Notes: generated from the sequence alone by a model not told the origin. A DNA stretch of 18,907 nucleotides from an uncultured Bdellovibrionales bacterium (GCA_964556665.1 CAZKXU010000070.1:1-18907); one strand, 5' to 3'. Counted from the stretch's first letter, positions 6,479 through 17,436 are shown. Numbers and translations are program-made.

Positions 6479-9400
6479 ATGACCGCAAAGCTTAAAAAGC
6501 TTAACAAAATCCTAATTGCGAACCGTGGTGAGATTGCGATTCGAATCTTTCGGGCTGCCACTGAGCTTAAGATTCGAACAGTGGCGATGTATACCTACGA
6601 GGATCGTTACTCCCTCCATCGCTATAAAGCGGATGAATCATATCAAATTGGAAGAGACGATGAGCCACTACGTCCTTATATAGATATAGATCAAGTTTTA
6701 AAACTTGCGAAAGAGCAGGGGGTTGACGCTATCCACCCAGGTTACGGGTTTATCTCAGAAAATGTAAATCTTGCACGTGCCTGTGAGGAGCAAGGAATTA
6801 TATTTGTAGGTCCTCGTCCAGATGTGATGGATAAGCTAGGAGATAAGATCCGAGCTAAGAAGATTGCACGGCAAGTCGGGGTTCCGGTGATCGAGGATAG
6901 CCGTGAGCCGTTAAAAAATATTGATATCGCCAAGAAAGAAGCAGCGCGGATTACTTACCCGGTTATTATAAAGGCAAGTGCCGGAGGCGGCGGGCGCGGA
7001 ATGCGTGTGGTGCGAAACGATCGTGAGCTTGAGAGCTGTTTTGATGAGGCGCGCAGTGAGGCATTAAAGGCTTTTGGTGATGATACTGTTTTCTTTGAGA
7101 AATATATAGAGGATCCAAAGCATATAGAGGTGCAGATACTCGGAGATAACTATGGCAATATTGTGCACCTCTTTGAGCGTGACTGCTCAGTGCAGAGACG
7201 ATTCCAAAAGGTAGTAGAGGTTGCGCCTGCACCAACGCTTTCTCCTCAGGTAAGAAACGAGCTGCATCAATATGCTTTAAAGATTGCGCATCATGTAAAG
7301 TATAACAATGCCGGCACCGTAGAGTTTCTTGTTGATCCGCAGGAGCGAGTATATTTTATCGAGGTAAATCCGCGTATCCAGGTCGAGCATACCGTAACAG
7401 AAGAGATTACAGGTATCGACATAGTAAGATCACAGATTCTTATTGCACGTGGCCACGCTCTGCATGATGCGGGCATTTTTCTGCGCACGCAGGAAGATGT
7501 GACGTATCATGGCTATGCGATTCAGTGCCGTATCACAACTGAAGATCCGCAGAACAATTTCAAGCCTGACTATGGGCGCATAGTTGCTTATAGAAGTCCG
7601 GGTGGTTTCGGGATTAGACTTGATGGAGGTAGCGCGTATCCAGGGGTTAATGTCTCACCATTTTTTGATTCTCTGCTTGTGAAAGTTACGGCCAAAGGCC
7701 GAACACTAAGAGGGGCCTGTGAGCGCATCAAGAGAGCATTAGAGGAGTTTAGAATACGTGGTGTTAAAACTAATATAGCTTTTCTTGAGAATGTGATTAC
7801 CCATCCTGTATTTATCGATGGCCGAGCGACTGTGCGGTTTATTGATAATCATGCTGAGCTGTTTCAGTTTGTCAGACGCCGCGATCGAGCAAGCAAGGTT
7901 CTTAGATATTTGGGAGATCTAATTGTAAATGGTAACCCCGATGTAAAGACTTTCGATAGAGAGCGGGAATTTAGAAGAGAGGTAGTTCCTGAGTGCGATA
8001 AGTTTGCGCCGTATCCAGACGGGAGTAAGCAGCGTCTTTCGCAGCTTGGACGGGATGGATTTGTAAAATGGCTAAAAGAGACACGCACAATTCAATATAC
8101 AGATACTACCTTTAGGGATGCACATCAATCACTGCTAGCAACACGTGTGCGTACGATTGATATGTTGCGCGTTGCTGAGAGCTTTGCCAAGAAGCACCCT
8201 GAAGTCTTTTCGATGGAGGTTTGGGGAGGCGCAACCTTTGATGTGGCCCTGCGCTTCCTACATGAATGTCCGTGGGAGCGGCTCCGTCTGTTACGAGAAG
8301 CAATGCCCAATATCCTTCTACAGATGCTATTACGCGGCTCTAATGCAGTTGGCTATACCAGTTATCCTGACAATCTTGTCTCTATGTTTGTTGAGAAGTC
8401 TTGGGAGGCTGGCGTTGATATTTTCCGCATCTTCGATTCTATGAATAATCTAGAGGAGATGAAGGTAAGTATTAAGGCTGTGCGTGATCGTACCGGTGGA
8501 CTGGCCGAAGGTTGTATCTGTTATACGGGAGACCTTTTAGATCCAACTCGTAGGAAATACGGCTTACAGTACTATATTGATCTTGCTCGCCGCCTTGAGG
8601 ATCAGGGTATTCATATTCTTGGCATAAAGGATATGGCTGGATTGTTAAAGCCTTATGCAGCTGAGCAGCTCATTGCGGAGCTTAGGAATGTACTGACAGT
8701 GCCAATCCATCTGCACACGCATGATACCTCATCTTTACAAACTGCAACCTATCTCAAGGCTGTCGAAGCAGGTGTTGACGTAGTGGATGTTGCTTTAGCT
8801 TCAATGTCAGGTCTTACCTCGCAGCCTAACTTTAACTCGGTGGTGGCGATGTTGAAGGGACATGAGCGGGAGTTAAAACTTGATTTACAGTCACTTAATC
8901 AGTTCTCCAACTATTGGGAGGCGGTGCGGGAGTTTTACTATCCTTTTGAATCAGGGCTTAAAAGCGGAACAGCAGAGGTGTTTGAGCATGAGATTCCGGG
9001 AGGGCAATACTCTAACCTTCGCCCGCAGGCACGTGCATTAGGTTTAGAAGATGAATTTGAAAAGATAAAAAGAAACTTTGCAGGTGTAAACAAGCTTTTT
9101 GGTGATATTGTAAAAGTTACACCTTCTTCGAAAGTAGTAGGGGATTTCGCACTGTATCTTACCGCTAATAATATTGATCCAGAGGATGTATTGGCTAAGG
9201 CAGATACGATCTCATTTCCTGAATCTGTTAAGAGCATGTTTAAAGGAGAGATCGGAGTTCCGCCAGAGGGATTTCCGGCGGAGTTGCAGTCTGCGATTCT
9301 AAAAGGGGAGAAGCCCCTCCAGGGTCGTTCTAATGAACATCTCCCGCCTGTAGATTTTGATGCGGAGTATGAGGCTTTTTTAAAGAAGTTTGACAGTAGT

Positions 9401-9928
9401 CTTACCTTTCTGGATTACCTCTCCTATAAAATGTATCCGAAGGTGTATGAGGATTATTATTACCATTGGGAAACATACGGAAGAGTCGATCCGATTCCAA
9501 CACCGGTATTTTTCTACGGATTGAAGCTTAACGAGGAGGTTTTAGTACCAATCGATCAAGGTAAAACACTTATAGTGCGGTTTTTAAACGTTAGTGAGCC
9601 TGATGAGAGCGGCATGCGCACCATCTTCTTCAAGTTAAATGGAGAGAACCGAGGTATTGAAGTTCGGGATCGTTCTTATAAAGTGACAAAAGTTTCGAAT
9701 GTCAAGGCCACAAAGCCAAACGAGATTGGATCCCCTTTGCAGGGTAGGCTCTCAAAGCTGTTAGTTAAAGAGCAGGTCGCGGTCTCGAAGAACCAACCTC
9801 TTTTCGTTATCGAGGCCATGAAGATGGAGAGCACTATTCGTGCCAGCTTTGAGGGAAAGATCAGGAGATTGCATCTTAAAGAGGGGTCGTTGGTAGAGCA
9901 GGACGATCTTGTAGTTGAAATGGAATAG
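6479..9928 (+). CDS. pyc: Pyruvate carboxylase, single-chain (biotin carboxylase + carboxyltransferase + biotin carboxyl carrier domains)
   Basis: 1149 aa from the ATG at 6479; the ORF track begins at an upstream in-frame TTG at 6461. The N-terminal biotin carboxylase domain has KILIANRGEIAIRIFRA and ATP-grasp motifs. The central carboxyltransferase domain has the carbamylated-lysine motif GIKDMAGLLKP and metal ligands HLHTHDT. The C-terminal biotinyl domain has EAMKME. The length is typical of single-chain PYC. Confidence 0.93.
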   Translation: MTAKLKKLNKILIANRGEIAIRIFRAATELKIRTVAMYTYEDRYSLHRYKADESYQIGRDDEPLRPYIDIDQVLKLAKEQGVDAIHPGYGFISENVNLARACEEQGIIFVGPRPDVMDKLGDKIRAKKIARQVGVPVIEDSREPLKNIDIAKKEAARITYPVIIKASAGGGGRGMRVVRNDRELESCFDEARSEALKAFGDDTVFFEKYIEDPKHIEVQILGDNYGNIVHLFERDCSVQRRFQKVVEVAPAPTLSPQVRNELHQYALKIAHHVKYNNAGTVEFLVDPQERVYFIEVNPRIQVEHTVTEEITGIDIVRSQILIARGHALHDAGIFLRTQEDVTYHGYAIQCRITTEDPQNNFKPDYGRIVAYRSPGGFGIRLDGGSAYPGVNVSPFFDSLLVKVTAKGRTLRGACERIKRALEEFRIRGVKTNIAFLENVITHPVFIDGRATVRFIDNHAELFQFVRRRDRASKVLRYLGDLIVNGNPDVKTFDREREFRREVVPECDKFAPYPDGSKQRLSQLGRDGFVKWLKETRTIQYTDTTFRDAHQSLLATRVRTIDMLRVAESFAKKHPEVFSMEVWGGATFDVALRFLHECPWERLRLLREAMPNILLQMLLRGSNAVGYTSYPDNLVSMFVEKSWEAGVDIFRIFDSMNNLEEMKVSIKAVRDRTGGLAEGCICYTGDLLDPTRRKYGLQYYIDLARRLEDQGIHILGIKDMAGLLKPYAAEQLIAELRNVLTVPIHLHTHDTSSLQTATYLKAVEAGVDVVDVALASMSGLTSQPNFNSVVAMLKGHERELKLDLQSLNQFSNYWEAVREFYYPFESGLKSGTAEVFEHEIPGGQYSNLRPQARALGLEDEFEKIKRNFAGVNKLFGDIVKVTPSSKVVGDFALYLTANNIDPEDVLAKADTISFPESVKSMFKGEIGVPPEGFPAELQSAILKGEKPLQGRSNEHLPPVDFDAEYEAFLKKFDSSLTFLDYLSYKMYPKVYEDYYYHWETYGRVDPIPTPVFFYGLKLNEEVLVPIDQGKTLIVRFLNVSEPDESGMRTIFFKLNGENRGIEVRDRSYKVTKVSNVKATKPNEIGSPLQGRLSKLLVKEQVAVSKNQPLFVIEAMKMESTIRASFEGKIRRLHLKEGSLVEQDDLVVEME

Positions 9929-9966
9929 AGGCAAGATAGTTACCTTAATTTATCGGAGAATACGCT

Positions 9967-10719
9967 ATGCCAGGAATTGTAATACTATTAGTCGGAGCAT
10001 TTGCTTTATTGCAGATGTCGTTCTATGTGCTCAAAGAATATGAACGTGGAGTAATTTTTCGTTTCGGACGCCTTGGACCAATGAAAGGGCCTGGGCCTCG
10101 ATTGATTATACCTTTTGTAGATCGTCTTGTACGGGTTGATCAGCGTACCATTACGATGGACGTTCCGAGTCAGGATGTAATAACCAAGGACAACGTTTCT
10201 ATTAAAGTTAATGCCGTACTCTATTTCCGCGTTATGGAGCCTGATAAAGCAATTACACAGGTTGAAAACTATCTATATGCAACGAGTCAGCTTGCCCAAA
10301 CAACCTTGAGGAGTGTCTGCGGTGAGGCTGAGCTTGATGATCTGCTTTCGAAGCGCGACCAGATTAATCTTCGTATGGCTGAAATCCTTGATCACCAAAC
10401 CGCACCATGGGGAGTAAAGGTTTCAAATGTTGAGGTCAAACACATCGACCTGCCGCAGGAGATGCAGCGCGCTATGGCTAAACAGGCAGAAGCGGAACGT
10501 GAAAGACGGGCCAAGATCATTCAGGCGGAAGGAGAATACCAAGCAGCGGAGAAGCTAACTGCCGCAGCTGGCACTATGTCCTCTCAGGCGGGTGCGATGC
10601 AATTGCGCTATCTTGAAACATTGCGACATATCGCTTCAGAACATAATTCAACCATACTTTTCCCAATACCGATGGATCTTTTGGAGGCCTTTAGAGGGAG
10701 GTTGAAGGGAGGGGGATAG
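9967..10719 (+). CDS. SPFH/band-7 family membrane protein (stomatin-like, QmcA/YbbK-type)
   Basis: 250 aa. The N-terminal TM helix is followed by [14 protein letters not shown]...[18 protein letters not shown]...ETLR, typical of the prokaryotic stomatin/SPFH domain. The C-terminal coiled-coil segment is Ala/Glu-rich. No NfeD partner is adjacent. Confidence 0.85.
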   Translation: MPGIVILLVGAFALLQMSFYVLKEYERGVIFRFGRLGPMKGPGPRLIIPFVDRLVRVDQRTITMDVPSQDVITKDNVSIKVNAVLYFRVMEPDKAITQVENYLYATSQLAQTTLRSVCGEAELDDLLSKRDQINLRMAEILDHQTAPWGVKVSNVEVKHIDLPQEMQRAMAKQAEAERERRAKIIQAEGEYQAAEKLTAAAGTMSSQAGAMQLRYLETLRHIASEHNSTILFPIPMDLLEAFRGRLKGGG

Positions 10720-10750
10720 ATGGTATAGTGAGTTCTTAAAATATTAGTCC

Positions 10751-10825
10751 CTGGGAACGCGGGCTTCCAGTCCGCAAACGAAATTGCAGGCACTAAGTAG
10801 CGAGCTAGAAGCTCGCGGTCCCAGT
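10751..10825. repeat. Copy 2 of the ~75-nt palindromic repeat element
   Basis: It has the same length (75 nt) and the same termini CTGGGAaCGCGG...CGCGGTCCCAG, with one A:G mismatch in the outer stem. Inner hairpins are GCGGGCt-tcc-aGtCCGC and GCGAGC-tagaa-GCTCGC. It lies in the 134-bp spacer between the SPFH gene and queA. Confidence 0.85.
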
Positions 10826-10853
10826 ACCCATGTGCTAGTTTTTCCCGAACTTA

Positions 10854-11912
10854 ATGAGCAAATACGATCTGTTTACCTACAATTTGCCGAACGATCGTAT
10901 CGCCGATCGCCCGATCTATCCGCCGGAAGCTGCTAAACTCCTCGTTATTAACCGTTCGGCTAAGCAGCTCATAGATCTACAATTTACAGAGATTACTCAA
11001 TTTCTTAAGCCGAGCGATCTGATTGTGTTCAATGACACCAAGGTCTTACCGTCTCGTCTTTTCGGCGTTGGGGACCGCGGCGCCAAATTAGAGCTTTTAC
11101 TTCTACGCGCTAAGCCTGAGATTGAAAACGGGTTTGTATGCTTGGGGAGGCCGTTAAAGAAATTTCGGCCGAATACGGCTATTGTATTTGGACCGGAGCT
11201 AGAGGCCCAGATACTTGCACGTATATCTGAGAGTGAGGTGCTAGTTAAGTTTAATGTACGATCAGATGGGCTTTCATTAAATACACTGCTGAACAGGTAT
11301 GGCAGTATGCCGATTCCACCTTATATTAGAGGCGGCATAGCTGATCAGAGAGACTTTACTGATTATCAGAGTGTCTTTGCGAGAGAGGAGGGATCGATTG
11401 CAGCTCCGACAGCAAGCCTGCATTTCTCTAATGCCTTGATTGATAGTATTAGAGTGACTGGGTGTGAGATTGGGTATCTGACACTACATCTTAGCACCGC
11501 CAGTTTTTTTAGTTTGTATCAAGGTAACTCTCTAGAGGAGTCGGAGATTCGTCCGCCGGGGGAAGAATACGGAAGAGTCAGTACTATGTTGGCTCAGAAA
11601 ATTGCAAATAAGAAGAGTTCAGGTGGTAAAGTACTGGCGGTAGGGACCTCTGTTGTGCGAGCACTTGAGTCGTTTGCTGCAAACACCAGTTATAGACTTG
11701 ATGAATTTAATCCAACAACTTTATTTATTACACCAGGGTATCAATTTAAGATAGTTGATAAACTTGTTACAAACTTTCACCAACCAGGCACCACTCATCT
11801 TAGTCTGGTAGAGGCTATTTTGGGGCGAGAGTTGTTAGAAAATGCTTATAGACACGCCTTGCATAATTCATACCGATTTCTTAGTTATGGTGACGGGATG
11901 GCTGTGCTATAA
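10854..11912 (+). CDS. queA: S-adenosylmethionine:tRNA ribosyltransferase-isomerase (queuosine biosynthesis)
   Basis: 352 aa. The N-terminus LFTYNLPNDRIADRPIYPPEAAKLL and the overall length match QueA. It sits immediately upstream of tgt, as in the conserved queA-tgt-yajC-secDF operon. Confidence 0.92.
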   Translation: MSKYDLFTYNLPNDRIADRPIYPPEAAKLLVINRSAKQLIDLQFTEITQFLKPSDLIVFNDTKVLPSRLFGVGDRGAKLELLLLRAKPEIENGFVCLGRPLKKFRPNTAIVFGPELEAQILARISESEVLVKFNVRSDGLSLNTLLNRYGSMPIPPYIRGGIADQRDFTDYQSVFAREEGSIAAPTASLHFSNALIDSIRVTGCEIGYLTLHLSTASFFSLYQGNSLEESEIRPPGEEYGRVSTMLAQKIANKKSSGGKVLAVGTSVVRALESFAANTSYRLDEFNPTTLFITPGYQFKIVDKLVTNFHQPGTTHLSLVEAILGRELLENAYRHALHNSYRFLSYGDGMAVL

Positions 11913-13440
<1,528 letters not shown>

Positions 13441-13458
13441 ATATTTTATGGGAAAATT

Positions 13459-14988
13459 ATGAGTGAGAGTTTACGTAATCGAATAATAATATTTTTAGTA
13501 GTTTTAGTCGTAGCAGTATTGTTCATACTGCCGACGTTTTTCCGTGATCAGCTAGGGGCAGGTTGGATCTCCCGTCCTATATCATTAGGACTAGACCTGA
13601 GTGGAGGAGCGCACCTTGTATATGAAGTTAAAGCTGCAGAGGCTGTAAAGAGCAGGTTGCAGACACTAGCTTTTTCTGTGCGTGCAAAATTGAGGGATGA
13701 AAAGGTTGCACTGCTGCGCTCTGCTGTTAATGCAGAAAATCAGCTGCAGCTTGTTCTACTCAGTGAGCGTAGTATCGATCAGGCTAAAAGTATAATTGAA
13801 AAGGAGTTCAGGGAGCTAACCTATATTGACAAGGTGGCTGAAAGCAGTCAGGCCGCACTTCTCTACGGTATATCTGAAATTCAGGCTAAGCGAGTAGAGC
13901 AGGAGGCTATTAACCAGGCAGTTGAGACACTGCGTAACCGTGTAGATCAGTTCGGAGTAGCAGAGCCTCTAATTCAGAAAGTTGGCACGAGCCGGATTCT
14001 TCTTCAGATGCCAGGTATTCAGGATATTGAGTCGGTTAAAAAAGTTGTAGGCTCTGTGGCTAAACTTGAATTTCGTCTAGTGCCACAATCCGGGGCCGGA
14101 TCCAATACAGTTAGTTTAAAAAATAGAGAAGGAGCACAGGTAGTTGTTGAAGACCAAGCATTAATGACAGGTGATGCAGTTGATGATGCGCGTGTGAACA
14201 TGTATCAAGGACAGGTTGATGTAACGCTGAAGCTTACTACCGATGGGACCAAGACCTTTAGAAGAATTACTTCTGAAAATGTAGGACGACAATTGGCAAT
14301 CATACTTGATAATATTGTTTACTCATCCCCTGTGATACGTGAGGCTATACCGGGGGGGAGCGCAAATATATCAGGTGGATTTACTATGGTTGAAGCGCGG
14401 CAGCTAGCTGTCGTACTGCGAGCCGGTGCATTGCCTGCTCCGCTGGAAGTTATGGAGGAGCGTACGGTTGGGCCAACATTAGGCAAGGAGTCGATAGAAA
14501 AGGGTGTTTTGGCGATGCTGATCGGGTTTGCTGCGATTATCACTTTTATGGTGATTTATTATAAAAAATCCGGCGCGGTAGCCGTCGCTACGCTGGCAGT
14601 AAACGTAGTTCTTGTGATCGCCTGCCTTTCGGCCTTCGGTGCTACTCTGACATTACCTGGACTGGCAGGTGTAGCTCTAACCATTGGCATGGCGGTTGAT
14701 TCTAATGTAATTATATTCGAGCGCATACGAGAAGAGATAAGAAACGGAGCTACCCGCGATGTTGCAGTATCTGCAGGATTTGATAAGGCACTAACGGCGA
14801 TCCTGGATTCGAATATTACAACTCTGCTCTCAGGATTAATTTTATTATATTTTGGAACAGGACCTATACGCGGATTTGCCGTAACTCTATGTATCGGTAT
14901 TGTTACCACCATTTATTGTGCAACTTTCTGCTCTAAGTTGGGGTTTGATCTTTTCCCGATGCGCAGTGACAAAACACTTTCAATTTAA
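13459..14988 (+). CDS. secD: Protein translocase subunit SecD
   Basis: 509 aa. The N-terminal TM helix is followed by a large periplasmic domain and a C-terminal 6-TM bundle (…LDSNITTLLSGLILLYFGTGPIRGFAVTL…), typical of SecD. Its position after yajC matches the conserved operon. Confidence 0.93.
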   Translation: MSESLRNRIIIFLVVLVVAVLFILPTFFRDQLGAGWISRPISLGLDLSGGAHLVYEVKAAEAVKSRLQTLAFSVRAKLRDEKVALLRSAVNAENQLQLVLLSERSIDQAKSIIEKEFRELTYIDKVAESSQAALLYGISEIQAKRVEQEAINQAVETLRNRVDQFGVAEPLIQKVGTSRILLQMPGIQDIESVKKVVGSVAKLEFRLVPQSGAGSNTVSLKNREGAQVVVEDQALMTGDAVDDARVNMYQGQVDVTLKLTTDGTKTFRRITSENVGRQLAIILDNIVYSSPVIREAIPGGSANISGGFTMVEARQLAVVLRAGALPAPLEVMEERTVGPTLGKESIEKGVLAMLIGFAAIITFMVIYYKKSGAVAVATLAVNVVLVIACLSAFGATLTLPGLAGVALTIGMAVDSNVIIFERIREEIRNGATRDVAVSAGFDKALTAILDSNITTLLSGLILLYFGTGPIRGFAVTLCIGIVTTIYCATFCSKLGFDLFPMRSDKTLSI

Positions 14989-15004
14989 TAATGGAATCTT
15001 TTGT

Positions 15005-15928
15005 ATGGAACTAATCTCTAAAAAATTAAACTTCGATTTTATAGGCAATTGCTGGAAGGGGATCTCAATTTCCTTAGCCCTATTAGTAATGAGCTTTTAT
15101 ATCTGGTTCGCAAAAGGTGAATCAAAATACGGCATCGATTTTAAGGGTGGACACGAGCTTGTAGTAAAAATTACGGGTGCTCCTGGTAGTGAAAAGATTC
15201 GAGAGATGTTAGTGCAGTCCGGAGTTGATGATATTATTGTGCAGTCTTTTGAAATTGGAAGTGATGAATATTCTATTCGCTTAAGCGTAAACGCCGGAGA
15301 TAGTAAGACGGTGCGTGAAAAAATTGATGGGGGTCTCAAAAAGGCTTTTGATGCTAACTATCAAGGGGTAATCAAGAGCGACTTCGTCGGCCCTACTATA
15401 GGAGAAGAGCTAAGAACTAGAGCTTTGTATGCCTGTCTTTTTGCCTTAATAGGAATTCTTATTTATGTTGCCTACCGTTTCGAAATGGCCTTTGCGCTAG
15501 GTGCTGTAGTGGCTCTATTCCATGACGTAATCGTGGCGATGGGTGTGTACCTGATGTGTGGGCATACTATTAATGTTGGCACTGTAGCTGCTGCGCTTAC
15601 TATAGTGGGCTATTCGGTCAACGACACCATTGTCATCTTTGATCGAGTACGGGAGGAGATCTTAAAACATGATAAATTTGATCTAGCTGCTTTGATGAAC
15701 GAGAGTATTAATGCGACTTTGTCACGCACTATTATCACAAGCATGCTCACGATTTTTTCAGTATTAGCGCTTCTAATTTTTGGCGGCGGAGCAATAGCTG
15801 ATCTAAGTGTTTACCTCCTAGCTGGTATGGTGGCAGGATGCTACTCCACCATTTTTATCGCCTCTCCGGTTGCGTTATGGTGGAATAAGATCAGAAGTCC
15901 TGAGATTGCGACGGCAGCACGAGCGTAG
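15005..15928 (+). CDS. secF: Protein translocase subunit SecF
   Basis: 307 aa from ATG 15005 (MELISKKLNFDFIG...). The ORF track begins at an upstream in-frame ATG at 14900, which overlaps secD. The start is inferred here at the first ATG after the secD stop. The C-terminal region (SVNDTIVIFDRVRE, membrane bundle) is typical of SecF. Confidence 0.88.
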   Translation: MELISKKLNFDFIGNCWKGISISLALLVMSFYIWFAKGESKYGIDFKGGHELVVKITGAPGSEKIREMLVQSGVDDIIVQSFEIGSDEYSIRLSVNAGDSKTVREKIDGGLKKAFDANYQGVIKSDFVGPTIGEELRTRALYACLFALIGILIYVAYRFEMAFALGAVVALFHDVIVAMGVYLMCGHTINVGTVAAALTIVGYSVNDTIVIFDRVREEILKHDKFDLAALMNESINATLSRTIITSMLTIFSVLALLIFGGGAIADLSVYLLAGMVAGCYSTIFIASPVALWWNKIRSPEIATAARA

Positions 15929-16137
15929 AATTGCGCTCAGTAGATGAGATACTTTGAAATCTATTGATGCAGATCTGCTTTCTCGCTCCGGAGTTTATGA
16001 AAATGCCGGCTAGTGGTCAGACCATATAATATTTCGTGACATTAATAGGCTGAAATCATTCATATTATCTGAGTAATATCAAATTGCTAGACACTGCTAC
16101 AAATTTCACTAGAACAAGCTATGAAATGTTTGACAAG

Positions 16138-16146
16138 TGCTATAAT
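16138..16146 (+). promoter_or_regulatory. Extended -10 promoter element TGcTATAAT upstream of the AAA+ ATPase gene
   Basis: TGCTATAAT at 16138-16146 matches the extended -10 consensus TGnTATAAT, 20 bp upstream of the GTG start. A perfect TTGACA (16130-16135) sits only 5 nt upstream, too close to be its -35. No good -35 lies at 17±1 spacing, so the call rests on the extended -10. Confidence 0.4.
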
Positions 16147-16165
16147 TTACGATAAAGAGTAATAA

Positions 16166-17317
16166 GTGATTTTTAAACGAAAATTCATAAATACTTTACT
16201 GAGTAGGCTCAAGGAGCCCGCTCCTTTAATTCAGGCAATACTAGGTCCACGCCAAGTTGGAAAAACTACGGCGATTCGACAACTGTTAGCCGATATTCAG
16301 ATCCCATTTCATTACTGCTCAGCCGATCTCTCTATTTCATTACCCAGCAGTTGGATAATAGAACAGTGGCAAGAAGCTCTCTTAAAGGGAGAGGGCTCAC
16401 TCTTAGTCATTGATGAAATTCAGAAAATTAGCAACTGGTCTGAGCTCCTAAAGAAACTTTGGGATGATAGTATTTCAAATAAAAGAATAAAGGTGATCAT
16501 TTTAGGTTCCAGCTCATTAAAAATACAAAAGGGACTTACAGAGAGTCTAACTGGAAGGTTTGAACTGATAAGAGTTTTTCACTGGAGCTTCTCAGAATAC
16601 AAAGAGGCATTTGGCTGTGATCTAAACAGCTATCTCCAGTATGGTGGCTACCCAGGATCATTCGAGTATATAAATGATTATTCACGGTGGCACTCTTACA
16701 TTAAGGATTCAGTAATTGAGACAGTAATTGGCCAAGATATATTGAGCTTAACTTCAGTTAGTAATCCAGCTCTATTTCGTCAGGCCTTCGAAATCTTATC
16801 GTCATATCCAGCACAAGAAATAAGCTATAATAAGCTGCTGGGCCAACTTCAGGATCGAGGTAACACAGATTTAGTGAAAAAGTATATTGAATTATATGAA
16901 GGAGCTTTTCTATTTAGAGCATTAGAAAAGTATAGCAACAAAGCTACCCTAAGAAAGAGCTCTACTCCAAAGATTCTGCCTCTCTGTCCATGTCTAGCAA
17001 CAGTACATCAAGGTAAAGAGGCTTTAGCTGACAATGAATTTAGAGGACGATTATTTGAGCTAGCTGTTGGCGCAGATCTAAATAGGTTACAAGGCGAGCT
17101 TTACTACTGGAGAGAGGGAAGTAATGAGGTAGATTACATCTATAAGCTTGGCAAGACAGTTTGGTCGATTGAGGTTAAATCAGGGCGGAAAAAGAGTGTA
17201 CGGGGCTTAGAAAAGTTTACTGATAAATTTCCCAAAGCGCGGATGGTGATCGTTAATTCGGATAATTATGAAAGTTTTTCTGCTGATCCTGAAAACTTTC
17301 TTGAGCGCCTGAGATAA
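16166..17317 (+). CDS. AAA+ superfamily ATPase with C-terminal DUF4143 (PD-(D/E)xK nuclease-like) domain (COG1373-type)
   Basis: 383 aa from a GTG start (AAGAG RBS upstream). Walker A is GPRQVGKTT; Walker B is LLVIDEIQ. The C-terminal ...EVDYIYKLGKTVWSIEVKSG fits a D...E-x-K restriction-endonuclease-like motif characteristic of DUF4143. The gene is visibly more AT-rich than the upstream operon. Confidence 0.8.
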   Translation: MIFKRKFINTLLSRLKEPAPLIQAILGPRQVGKTTAIRQLLADIQIPFHYCSADLSISLPSSWIIEQWQEALLKGEGSLLVIDEIQKISNWSELLKKLWDDSISNKRIKVIILGSSSLKIQKGLTESLTGRFELIRVFHWSFSEYKEAFGCDLNSYLQYGGYPGSFEYINDYSRWHSYIKDSVIETVIGQDILSLTSVSNPALFRQAFEILSSYPAQEISYNKLLGQLQDRGNTDLVKKYIELYEGAFLFRALEKYSNKATLRKSSTPKILPLCPCLATVHQGKEALADNEFRGRLFELAVGADLNRLQGELYYWREGSNEVDYIYKLGKTVWSIEVKSGRKKSVRGLEKFTDKFPKARMVIVNSDNYESFSADPENFLERLR

Positions 17318-17380
17318 ATCTTAGAGAGCGTAAAATTATTACCAGTTATTCAGTCCTTGCACTGAAAACTAAGTTTCCTA

Positions 17381-17433
17381 CTGGGACCGCGGGCTTCCAG
17401 CCCGCTTGATCGAGGAATTTGCCAAGACATAGT
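17381..17433. repeat. Copy 3 (truncated) of the palindromic repeat element: 5' arm + hairpin A + central segment only
   Basis: CTGGGACCGCGGGCTTCCAGCCCGC (17381-17405) matches the 5' half of copies 1 and 2. The following GAATTTGCCA matches the central GAATTGGTTGCCA / GAAATTGCAGGCA. The 3' terminal arm is absent. It lies 64 bp downstream of the ATPase gene stop. Confidence 0.7.
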
Positions 17434-17436
17434 TGA

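Noticed and set aside
6742-9237. Minus-strand ORFs of 60-99 aa inside pyc (6742-6933, 6966-7235, 7291-7488, 7864-8088, 8112-8310, 8938-9237), the plus-strand ORF 8145-8444 in another frame, and similar antisense or off-frame ORFs inside kup, secD, tgt and the binding-protein gene
   Set aside because: All lie wholly within well-supported conserved genes in other frames. They have no RBS and show composition typical of antisense or off-frame reading of coding DNA. They are almost certainly spurious.
15929-16020. Intrinsic terminator after secF (palindromes GCAGATCTGC, CTCCGGAG, TGGTCAGACCA)
   Set aside because: The palindromes are 8-11 bp with no or tiny loops and no following U-tract. None forms a convincing terminator hairpin.
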